DNA of 64,000 bases from positions 25,606,001 to 25,670,000 of the forward strand of contig OX638164.1 of the NCBI GenBank assembly GCA_951804945.1, read 5' to 3'. The notes under the pieces were generated by a model. It had not been told where the DNA came from, searched no databases, and worked only from the letters and a program-made list of their open reading frames with translations. Shown here in pieces: positions 53,601 through 64,000 of the stretch. The stretch comes from Podarcis cretensis. Its lineage: Eukaryota. The position numbers and the translations under genes were made by a program. Within the stretch, counting starts at the first letter, position 1; each line of letters begins with the position of its first letter.

Positions 53601-56600
53601 CTCCCAGTCTTACTTGAAATGCCAGAGACAATATCTAAACCAGGGACTTCCTCAGTTTCTTAGCCACTATGCCACACCAGCTCTTATGATAAGGCCTTTT
53701 AACTTCAAAAGGGACTCCTGTATGTGCTTTGCTAAGCATCCTAGGTTAGCTACCCAATTTCAGAAGACATCTGAAGGATTTTACATTAAATCCCAAAGGC
53801 TCTGGGTAGCACACAGTATCCTTAAATCAGGAGAGAAGAAAAAAGGGGCAGGAGAGAAAGAATCAAGAGTTGTTAAAATCCCATGGATACCACCAATATT
53901 AACCACCAGCACAGACCAAAAGGCCTGAAAGACTCCCGAAAGATGACTAGGCTCAGACTTTGGGCAAATGGGAATTCCAAAGTTGTGATTCAGCTACCAA
54001 GAATGCCATTCTCCGCAGATGGCATGCTGATGGTCAGGTGTCTCCTGCTCCATGGTTTCTGGATAAGGGAGGAGTAAGCTACCCCTGAAATCCATAACGA
54101 TGTTTGTTTGTCCACCTGGGACTAATAAGCAGCAGGGCAGCCTCTCCAGAACCCACCTCTGAACAAAGCTACAGAGCGCGACAAGGACAGGAGCCCAAAG
54201 ACAAAGATGGTCCCCAGGGCCAGCCAGTTTGAAGAGACCGTGTAGTGCTCCAGGCGGTAACGTTGAAATATGAAGTGGTAACATTTCTAAGGAAGGGGAG
54301 AGAGAAAAGTAAAATATGAATGTCATTTAGACTACAACAAGGGGAGGGGGGAATAGAGCTCATTTCAATAACCCAGTGGTGGAAGATGGTGGGTGCTGCA
54401 AAGAAGCCTCTAACAGCCTTTCCATAAGATTATATTTCTGCACAAGTTCGGGAAATACAAAGCGGAATGGGATGGTGCAGCTGGCGCTCTCCTTATGTTG
54501 CCATCATCCCTGGCCACTGGGGCTGAAGGAGTTGTGGCTCAAAACCTCTGGAGAGTACTGGGTTGGCAAAGGCTGCACTGGAGCATCACTGGGAGACAAT
54601 AGTGTGGACTTATTTTGGTGCCAGCTGCCCACTTTTATACTTTTTTTTTGGCACAACCCCAGACCAATTTTGAGAGCTCCCAGCCCAGGACTCCTGTTTG
54701 CAGCTGGGACCACAGGAAGAAAAAGGCTCCTTGTGTGTTCCTGGATAGCACAGATTCCTGCAAACCTCTCTCTCTCTCTTTTACTATTGCTTCATGCCAA
54801 CTCTTGAGGATACATGGAAAGCTCATGCGTCAAGAAGGGAACTCAGAGCAATGTGGTGAAGGGGGAACCACCTAGCATGAACATGGCTTTGCTTAGGTGT
54901 GGGCCCTCTCCACCTGCACCCATACTCAGCCATCGCCACCCCCAAACGCACCTGAAGGGCAGAGAGTCCTACAGCGCCACATAGGCAAATGAGGGGGTAG
55001 ATGGGATACAGAAACCTCTCTTCTTTGTGAGGCTGGCTGAAGAAAATCAGGATCCAGATGTACATGGGAGAAAGCGTCAGCCAGTAAGGCCGTCCCAGAT
55101 TCTGAACTGGAAGAAACAAAAAAAAAAGGGGGGGGGGGTTAGCTCCAGAATGGGAGAGGCTCAAGGACAACCAAGGCATTTGGTTCAGGACCCCACCACA
55201 CCCTTATCTTGGAATGCAGCACTTTGCTGTTTATTTCAGCTCTCTGTTGGGCTTTTGGGTGGGGAAATCTGATGCGGGCTTCATAGGCTGCGTACACACT
55301 ATGCCTTTAAAGCACATTTGATGAATGTTTTCTCCCTCAAAGAATTCTGGGAAATGTAATATGTTAAGGGTTGCTGGGAAATGTAACTCTGGGAGGGTGC
55401 CCATAATTCTTTTAGGGAAATAATGAATGTGCTTTAGAGGTATACACAGTCACACATGAAGGCACTGTAACTCTGAAGACCACCACTGGCAGGGGAGGAT
55501 CACTCCTTCATGCTCTGTTTGTGAGCATCCATCTGGCTGCTGCTAGAAATGGAAAACTGGGCTAAGGAAACCCTTGGCCTAATCCAGCAATGCCCCTCTT
55601 GCATCCTTATCATCAGGCATGACCCAGCTTTATGGAGCTTGCTTTATGGAGCTCCGATGTGAACCCTGAGCTGCATAGGTACAGGGGCTTCTGCCATTTC
55701 TCCTCTGTGCCAGTGGAAGTGCCTGGTACACAGCTATTAAATACATCTCAAAGCCACCCGATCTTGGGCAAAGGTATATGATTAATGCATATACCTCAAA
55801 TTTCACAAATAAATACTTTCCCCCAGGCTTATAAGCAGAGCGATAGGAAAAACGAGAACAGTCTTTGATTTACCAGCTACCTGGTAGGTGTTGTGGAAGT
55901 TCATCCAAGGGGGAATTCTAAGGAGCCTAAGATGTTGAAAGAAAAATGTGCTTGCTTAGGGGCGAGCACTTCTAAAACCTCCAACGCTTTGTTACGGCAG
56001 CAACAGAGTACACCGAGAACTCTGAACGCACATTCTCTGTCTTGAAGGAAAACAAAACCAAGGCACCACCTCCCTTGTCTCCCCTCGAATGAAGCAGGAA
56101 GTCATTTATTTGGAAGTAACAGCAATTACTTCAATTTGCAAGGGCTGCAGAGGCAGCTCAATATATGTCAAAATCCTGAATTGCCCCCAAAAGGAAAAGC
56201 TTGGGGTGTTAAAGCAAATCAGGATTGCACAGCGCTTCACAAAGCCCGTGAGAACAAGGCGTGCAACTGAAGGGACCCCCCCTGCCGCCGCTTCGGGACA
56301 CAATCTGCTAAGCAGAAAGGCATGAAATGGGTAGTTACAGCAGCCTCCACTACTGGGCTTGGCTGGCAAGAGGCCTTTATGGTTCCCACAGTGCATGCGG
56401 CGCCCTCTGCAAAACGTGAGCGCTTAGTGCACTCTAGTGGACATCCCTGGAAGTACAAGCCTTCATTTCAGAGATGGGCAAGACAGAAAGACAAACATGG
56501 TCCACCAGTGGACCGCTGGTTAGTATCTGGCAGACACCCCCCTCCCCAGTGCCCCTCTGGTTTCTAGGATTTTTTTGTTTGTTTGTTTCAAAACAAAGAA

Positions 56601-59600
56601 TGCTGGAGTTTTTCAGAGCTTGGTCTGATCCAGAATAGCACTCCTTGTGCTGTTAAGCAGGTGAGCCTTCTCAGGAACACCTAGCAGGAACAAGTTACGC
56701 CTTAACCATTTAGAGATCCGGAGTATATGCTACCACCTTTAAAAATTCACTCACATCAGTGACCTCCAGGGATGCTGGTAACAAATAAATACATTGGGCC
56801 ACAGCAGAGTGAAGCCAGCCCACCCCTGTGGAAAACCAGGCTGGGGTATGTTTTGAGTTACTCTATCCTTGTGGTGTTTTTCAAAACTAAAATGTGCAAA
56901 GAAGGAACTTGCCTGTCTGCCCTGTGGCAAAGCTGGGCTGCTGCCATTTGCAAGTTGTTTAACTTTTATAAATACTGGATAAGCAAGCCTGCAGCTAGCA
57001 AAGAAATTATTTTTTTAAAAAAGTAAAATAAACATTTCTGAGGCATCAGGGCAGTAGGGGACCAGGCAGGGGTTGTGGAGGCAGGCTTGATGCTTTTTTT
57101 AAAAAAGCAGTCCTGATTGGAGAACTGGTGCCCTTTGATTGCACATAGCCACTGACATACAGAACAAGAATTTCAGAATGGGGGGAGAAGAAAACAGAAA
57201 GCAGCGAGGTTGCATAAGCAAGGCACACTTCATTCATGTTAAGTACTTATACTCTGCTTTTAAATTTAACAAAAAGCTTCCAAGGTGAGTAACAGCCACC
57301 AGCACTAGCCAAAGAAGAAGATACAAGGAGTTGCAGGCAGACATCAAAGTTCCTGCTCCCCAGCCTTTGGAAAGTCCTGCTCAAGCTCCACTTGGACTTC
57401 CAGGATTCCAGCAAAAGCCACCTCAAACTTCTAATGCTTTTCTGGCGATCATAAGGGCTAGAATCCTACTTCAATTTTTTGTGGCGGGTAATAGCAGGTT
57501 CTCGGCACACAAAATTCCGCCTGAGGTTCCCTGGCTGCCCTGTCCTTCTGTGGCTGCTCTGAACACTTGCAGTCAGGAAGGATTTGGCCAATTCCACCTA
57601 ATGAAGTTGCGCTTGCAAGCAAGCTGTCGCCTGACAGTCATACCATAGCTTCTAGCTGAGCTCCCAAAAACACACCGCAGCACTCACCATGAAATTTCTG
57701 CAGCAGACTTTCCATGAGGGAGGTCAGGGGTAAGGCCAGGAGTGCCAGCACAAAGGCCACGTTGAAGTTCAGAAAGCCATTTATGAAGTAGAAAGACCAG
57801 GGCTCTGTACCTAAGGGAGGCAAAGAGAGAAGAGAAAATTGGGAGGGGGGGGAATGTTGCAAAGGTGTAATATTTCCATACAGACTCCTGAAGAGGGCTC
57901 GTGATGCCCTTCTGCAGTCAGGGCCTATCACTTGAGACAGAGACTCTCCAAGGCAATAGCAAAGTTCTGGACCCAGCAATTCCTCTGGCCTCTCCAGAAC
58001 ATAAAGAGCAGCCCTCTAGCCAAAAGGTCCAGCAGACGCCTCTGGGAATCCCACATGCTGGGCCTGAATGCCACAACTTTCCCCCATGGTTCCTCCCCAG
58101 CACCCGTTATTTCAAGATATACTGCCTCTAGAATTGGTGGCTTCCTATAGTCATCAAAACCAATAGCTATTATATCCTCCTCACACATTACTTTTTATTT
58201 TTTAAGCTCCTTGCTTATTTGCTTATTTTAAGTGTTCACCTAAGATGTAAATGTGACGTTCAGGTGTGAACTTTCATATCGGACAGAGATGTTTGTCAAG
58301 AGAGCAGGGATGAACTGCAGCTCACTTTTAAGGGGGGGGGGACAACCCATAGTAAATACAGGCTCCTTGCTCAGCAACACCTGAAATGACAACTGACAAT
58401 CTGCAAATTTCAACCAGGAAGCAACAGGTAGCAAGAGTCCAAATATTATTTTCCCCTCAAAACAGGTTAATACGTCCTGTAACATGCTGGCCATAATTAT
58501 CATTGCTCCTTTTTCTTCACATATCAGCCTTCCCCAACATGGTGCCCTCCGGATGCTTCAAATTGCAACAGCCATGCCGGTTGGGGCTGATGGGAGTTGT
58601 TCTTCAAAACATCTGGAGGGCACTAGTTTGGGGAAGGCTGTCACACAGAGTCATGCAGAAAGGGGAAAGGGTGCCTTGCTCTTGGGGTCCTCAGCAATTC
58701 CAAGGCAGCTGACCTTCCCCCCACCTGCCATGGCAAAGAACGAACGGTTCTTCTTTCTCTTCCTCCACCCCTTTAATTCTTTAGCAAAGGTGCTTTCCCA
58801 ATTTAGAAGGCTTGGCAGAGGCACAGGAGATTCAAGGGATTAGAATAGTTCTGGGGTAACGCTGCATTGCGTAGTGGAGCTATAAAAAGCATGCAAGGAA
58901 CAAAAGACATCGCGGTTCCACCTCAATTTAGAACGATTCATCCAGCAGCTGGCTGCAGACAGCCCTGTGAAGCAGACAACCTTCACGACTTGCTTCAGCT
59001 GATCTCTTCTTCTCCTTTAAGACCCATGGCTCTCTCAAGAACAAGGGCAGCCCCCCCCCTTTAAAGAGGTGCAGAAGGTTGCTGGAGGGAAAATGGGGTT
59101 TTCTGCACCCTTCCTAGGCCAGTGTGTATTTGGGGAAGTCATGATCCCCAACAGAGCAAAGTCAACAGCCCAAAGGCCAGCAAGACAGTCATCTATTTGT
59201 GGGGGTTTCTGAACTTGCGGGTGAACATTCTCTAGGAACAGAGGCCTGTACCACCTGCCGCCTAGTAGAGTAAAAAGGATGACATTGTGTGTCTTTGCCT
59301 TGCTTTCGTCTCCTGGGGGGCTTCTTCAGTAGCAAATTGCTATGAGCTTTTGTATCTTTGGAGTGGGGCTTGTTAAGTTTTAGGTCAATATGGCCACCAC
59401 GTTACCCAACACGGTTCTAGCACAAGGTAAGAGCATTGCCACTGCTATGTGGATTATCAAGCAGCATGGAAGCATGGAAGCTAAGAAGCACTCCAGTAAT
59501 GCCAAGAGCCAAGGTCACACTCACTTTAGTCCTCATTGCTTCCTGAAACTAAACCCAAGATTACATTCTTTTCTTACTTCCTTGTCTCCATTTTCCTCTC

Positions 59601-62600
59601 CTCTGTCAATTGCTATGCTTCTGCTTCTCTTCAAAATTTATATCTGATCCACACTGGGCCTATGTTAGCCATGTCTACTCTGAGTAGGACTAAGGTAAAG
59701 GTACAGGGAACCCTGACCATTAGGTCCAGTCGTGACCGACTCTGGGGTTGCGGCACTCATCTCGCTTTACTGGCCGAGGAAGCCAGCGGTACCTATTTAT
59801 CTACTTGCAGTTTGACGTGCTTTCGAACTGCTAGGTTGGCAGGAGAAGGGACCAAGCAACGGGAGCTCACCCCGTCACAGGCACTGGCTAAAACCCTTTA
59901 ATCTTATCTTGGAAGTAGAAAGTATGATGCATTAAACCAGTTCAGGATTCTGCAAGGTGACAGTGGATAATAACGGGTTGCATGTACTGGATCAAAACAA
60001 GAGCATGGTGATGAGGTTTATGGGCAGCAAGAACAGATGACAGCAGCATATCCCAAATTCCAAGGTGCTGGCGTCGCATTTTTCACAGCCTTGGTGACAA
60101 ATATAAATTCCAGCCCTGAGGAATAATTACAGGAAAAGGAAAAGAGTCTTCTTTTTCTGACCATCAGAAGACCTCTTTCAAGCCTTGTTTTGTTTCCCCT
60201 TGCAAACATTTAGCCGCAGCCATGAGATCTAGAAACTTGCTTTTTAAAAACAAAAATTAAAATGCCAGATTCCATGCCTGAGCATTGAACCCAGATGGAT
60301 GAGACAAACACGAAATCTTACTTCAAAGTCAGAACAAACAAACAAAATCCATCCAGACACATCCGACCTTGAGTCATCCTTGAGTGTGTGCCTCGGTGAC
60401 ACTGTCTAAACGCACACAGTATTCTGCTCTTCATCATGTTTCCAGGCGAGACAGTATTAAAGCAGCTCTCTCATTAGCATGAAGATGTTACATAAGCGTC
60501 ATTCTGAGTAAGACACATCAGAATTTCACTGGTCCCCTGAGGACAGCAGAGCCAGCTCATGCTCATGCATGGAATGTGTAAAGGTCAGGCTCAATACAGT
60601 GACAGAGAGAAGAGGCTCCGAGGTCCAACAGTGATGTGTGTCTGGAATCATTGTGCAGAGATGAAGGACTCACAGAAGGACAAAGATCAAGCTGCTGTTA
60701 CAGTCACAGCCACAGAGCCAGAAGCTGCAGTCTTACATACATCATTGCCTCCCACTCAGAGTCTGGGGAACACCTCCAAGACCTGGGATAACCACTGTCA
60801 GTACAGAGTAGCCAGTATGGAGCTAGCTGAACCCAAAAAGTATGACCCCAATGTAAGACAGGTCCTTATAAAGGAATAAATGAAGGCAGTAACCAACTCA
60901 GCCGAAACATCTCACAGGAAACTAAATTTGCTTCCCAACCCGCTGCATAAATGTCCTCATTTTGGACTTATTCACCGGCAGTTTCAGAGAAGGTTAGACT
61001 CACCAAAACCCCTATAGTCCACAAATTCCCATAACTACATACTGCCTGCCTGCTTCCTGCTGTATATTTCAATGAGACCAGCTGTCTGCATGGCGGAAAT
61101 CCCATTTCAAGCCTGCAGGTGGTGCATCTCTTTACCAAGGTAAAACATCTCTTCTTATGCTTCAGATTAAGTTAAGAAGTTCCAAACTAAGAGCAAGTTC
61201 AGGTGTCCCTTGATCCCTCAGAGGCCGCAAGACTGTATCAGCGACTCATGCAGTCTGCTTGAAGTAGCTGTGATTTTAAGGACTTGAGTTGAATCTAAGA
61301 GGTTTGCTCCCGGATTCCTTCGGAGAGGCTGCTGGGGCTTGCACAACCCAAGTGTTTCACGGTATAGCTGCTAGAGGAAGCTCTGCAAACAGGGCCAGCT
61401 CTGGGAACAACCCATAAAACTGTGCACCATTATCACACCTTAGCTTTTGTGGTCCCTACCCAGCACCCCAAAATATTTATGTATGTCCTACAGGTGTGGA
61501 CTCACCATAAAGATCCGGTCCGTGTGGTGTGAAGACGTTGTACAAGACAATGTTGAGAGGAGTAATCACAAGCTTCCCATAGTGGTAACTGTCAACAGCC
61601 ACCAGGGGCACCTTCATTCAACAAGAAGAACACAGCTGTTTCTAGATTGTCTCAATTCCAGGACAGCACTTGCATTTCCCACATTTGGAAACCAAGTGAA
61701 ACAGCGATGCTGACCAGAACTTAGGGCACAACTACAGGCTGTGGCAGATGCAAGGCTGACACTGAACATAGCATCCTCCCATCAAGTGTGTGTGCACATA
61801 TACAGCACCCCCCCCAAAAAAAAAACCGCTGTAGTTATCACTTCTACCATGAAGGGCATTGCAGTGTATGTTGCCCTCCCACAGCCAACACATTATCTAC
61901 TGCTGTCAAGGGAGACTTGTTGGAAACACACACTGTGAAGATGCCACAATATGGGAGGAGACATGAACATTACTGCTCCTTCCCAGGGTGCCTATTTTAG
62001 CCATAGAGAAAATACCTTCCTGTCCAGAAAGCCATGCAGAAAACAATGGGATATGCCCACATGACTTCACTGAGCAGAATACTCCTTTGGAAGGAAGAGT
62101 GGGGGGTCAGAAGTGCAAGAACTATGGGAAAAAGACCCTTCCTCCTCAGTAACCCCTTTGGAAGAACTCGGTTCCCATTATACAGCACTCCCCTCTGAGT
62201 TATTTCTCCACAAATAACTTGGAAAACTCACCAGAAACACTACTAGTGCGACCAGAAACCATTTCAGGAAGCTTCTCCACTTTCTTTTCAGGATGAGGAA
62301 GTCCAGGGCAATAGGAAGCCTGGCAAAAGGAGATGCCAAAAATATTCCCATCTCAACTTGTATTTTAAAAACATTTATCAGTTGACTCTTGCACACTCAC
62401 TCTAGTCCTCCCCCCCCCAAAACCAACTATGTGGAGCCCCACCCATCTACCTTTGAATATAATCCTGTTTCTAAATTAATCAAGGATGCAAAGGAATTCA
62501 TTTTTTCCCCCTAAGAACAGCAGAGGGAGTAGGGAGTAACATTTATGAATCATGGGAATAGATAAATAGCACTGTAACACAGAGCAGCAAAAGGAACAGA

Positions 62601-63477
62601 AATAGAAAAAGCATAGTTTGGAACAATTTGGCTGGATAACTTTGGAAATAGAGGACAAAAAAGGGAGGGGTGCAAAGAGCGGAGAGAGGTAAGTTAGAGC
62701 AATCCTTTTGGAGTAACAGAGGGAATCCCCTTTCCATGGTGAACATAGCAGGATAAGAGCTACCTGTTATCTCTCCTCTCTCTTTTCTAGGGAAGCACTA
62801 CTGCTACAGAAACCTACTTAGTGCCTACAAAGCAGTGTCTTAAGGTATCACTTGTGATGGCAGTATGCAAAGTTCTCTGCTCAGAATTTTATAAATCACA
62901 TGGTGATATAATCTCTTAACTTGAACAATTCCAGTTGCAATAATAGCTGAATGCTTCCAGTTTTACTCTTAACTAATGGAAGCTCTCGCTAATTTTGACG
63001 GTACCTCCCACATATTTCTGAAACTTTCCTCTAGCCACCATGGGGCCTAGGAAGTTAATTAAAGAGTTTTCAATAGCTGAGTGTCACAGCACCTGAATGG
63101 AATGCAAAACAACCAGGTTCCAAAGCACAACATTTACACTTCTTCAAGGAACAACAATTGCGCAGCTACAATCCCAAGCAAATCAAACATTGCAGCCCTA
63201 CTCACAGAGCTATAATAACCTGGGGACAATAGTGAAACTGATCAGTCTTGGAGAGACATCATTGCCCTTGCAGCTGGCTAGGGCCCACCTAGAGCTACCT
63301 GTCCCTGAATGCTTCCACATTCCCCACTTCCTTTTGCTTACCCAAGTGCTGCACTGAAAGGCCAGCCCACAATGGCTCCTGCAGCCACGCCCAGGACCGC
63401 CAGAGAGATTTTATCCATGTACCACCCCGTCATTGCTATTACTGTGCTGTACATGCAGAAGCTGCTGGGGAGGAAGG
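47012..63477 (-). CDS. ALG9: ALG9 alpha-1,2-mannosyltransferase (GT22), 5'-partial multi-exon model: complement(join(47012..47135,49974..50104,50630..50759,53071..53218,54157..54286,54952..55106,57688..57810,61506..61611,62232..62319,63342..63477))
   Basis: Spliced translation contains AFLPSSFCMY, GWPFSAALG, NIVLYNVF, GTEPW..FINGFLNFN, QPHKEERFLYP, VCVGKEWHRFPSSF, SEFRGQLPKPF, MNDQNQEEPSRY and ends RKKAGG*. Phases all compatible. Exons 1-5 lie beyond the window end. Confidence 0.96.
49974..50104 (-). CDS. ALG9: ALG9 exon 14 equivalent
   Basis: ttccag|TTTGAC...TCAAG|gtaaga; 131 bp; FDISKCHYLVDLDTATEAPREPRYAANREEWISIAYKPFLDSS. Confidence 0.95.
50584..50616. repeat. (GA)n microsatellite just inside an ALG9 intron
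   Basis: About 16 GA units, 13 nt from the exon boundary at 50630. Confidence 0.95.
50630..50759 (-). CDS. ALG9: ALG9 exon 13 equivalent
   Basis: ctgcag|TTGGCAG...GATAC|gtaagt; 130 bp; WQLQFIPSEFRGQLPKPFAKGPMATRIIPTDMNDQNQEEPSRY (this frame is not shown in the ORF track). Confidence 0.95.
53071..53218 (-). CDS. ALG9: ALG9 exon 12 equivalent
   Basis: tcttag|GTTACC...GATAA|gtaagt; 148 bp; YHGPLDLYPEFHRIATDPTIHTVPEGRPVHVCVGKEWHRFPSSFLLPD. Confidence 0.95.
54157..54286 (-). CDS. ALG9: ALG9 exon 11 equivalent
   Basis: ccttag|AAATGT...CAGAG|gtgggt; 130 bp; KCYHFIFQRYRLEHYTVSSNWLALGTIFVFGLLSLSRSVALFR. Confidence 0.95.
54952..55106 (-). CDS. ALG9: ALG9 exon 10 equivalent (HKEER motif)
   Basis: ttccag|TTCAGAAT...CTTCAG|gtgcgt; 155 bp; QNLGRPYWLTLSPMYIWILIFFSQPHKEERFLYPIYPLICLCGAVGLSALQ. 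Confidence 0.95.
57688..57810 (-). CDS. ALG9: ALG9 exon 9 equivalent
   Basis: ccttag|GTACAG...TCATG|gtgagt; 123 bp; TEPWSFYFINGFLNFNVAFVLALLALPLTSLMESLLQKFH. Confidence 0.95.
59692..59878 (-). mobile_element. Sauria SINE, 5'-truncated with an internal deletion
   Basis: Matches 37538-37815 but jumps from gaagccagc to ggtacctatttatc. Confidence 0.85.
61506..61611 (-). CDS. ALG9: ALG9 exon 8 equivalent
   Basis: atgaag|GTGCCC...TTATG|gtgagt; 106 bp; VPLVAVDSYHYGKLVITPLNIVLYNVFTPHGPDLY. Confidence 0.94.
62232..62319 (-). CDS. ALG9: ALG9 exon 7 equivalent
   Basis: tgccag|GCTTCCT...TTCTG|gtgagt; 88 bp; LPIALDFLILKRKWRSFLKWFLVALVVFL. Confidence 0.93.
63342..63477 (-). CDS. ALG9: ALG9 exon 6 equivalent
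   Basis: tttcag|CCTTCC...CTTGG|gtaagc; 136 bp; FLPSSFCMYSTVIAMTGWYMDKISLAVLGVAAGAIVGWPFSAAL. Confidence 0.95.
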
Positions 63478-64000
63478 CTGAAAAGCAAAAGAAGCAAAAA
63501 GGAATCAGGGTTTGGGAGAAAGCAGAAAGCATTCAGAGCCCCACAGATGACTTGGGGTCATTTCAGGATTCCTTATCAGCAGGAGATTTTCTCAGCACAA
63601 ACCTAAGAACATGTGACATAGGAAAGGCGCTGTAGCTCAATGGAAGAGCATCTGCTTTGAATGCAGAAGGTTCCAGGTTCAGTCTCCAGTTAAAACTATT
63701 AGATTGGAAAAGAGGGGAAAGAACCCTCTCTGCCCAGGTTGCTGCAAGTCAGAGTAGACAGTACTAGGCTAGATGGGTCAGGGGCTGTACACAATGTAAG
63801 ACAGATTGGCAGGGGTGGGGGTACTTGAGGTTATATATGAACCAACATAACGCTTGGAATCCTTCTGCTGGAAAAGGTGATTCTTAAGCAACCTCTTGCT
63901 AACTGGAGGCTCATTCTTCATCTCTGGAAATGTTCTGCAACAGATGGTCTCTTTTTATGCCAAGATGCAAGGGGCTCAGGGAGCAAGGCAAGTCCCTTAC

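Noticed and set aside
63626-63700. tRNA-like sequence (ggcgctgtagctcaatgg...ggttcagtctcc); similar at 6607 and 41849
   Set aside because: These are SINE heads with degenerate arms that continue into SINE bodies, not functional tRNA genes.

Overview
Vertebrate genomic DNA, almost certainly from a squamate (lacertid-type lizard, judged from Sauria SINE, BovB, CR1/L2/L1 and squamate MITE content). It holds the 3' parts of two convergent genes. SIK2 (salt-inducible kinase 2, + strand) has 11 coding exons at 2270-30429, covering the end of the kinase domain, the UBA domain and the PKA-site tail, with a likely 3' UTR to ~34.15 kb. ALG9 (ER alpha-1,2-mannosyltransferase, - strand) has 10 coding exons at 63477-47012. 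All 21 exons have GT-AG boundaries and consistent phases. The most notable observation is negative: PPP2R1B lies between SIK2 and ALG9 in human, but I cannot recognise it in the ~12 kb gap here. That gap instead holds SINEs, RFX/CRE-like motifs and a set of + strand splice signals that could belong to an unannotated transcript. The introns show several nested and recent transposon insertions. I see no convincing novel multi-gene system, and most short ORFs in the track are noise. Comparisons with human come from recalled sequence, not from a search.
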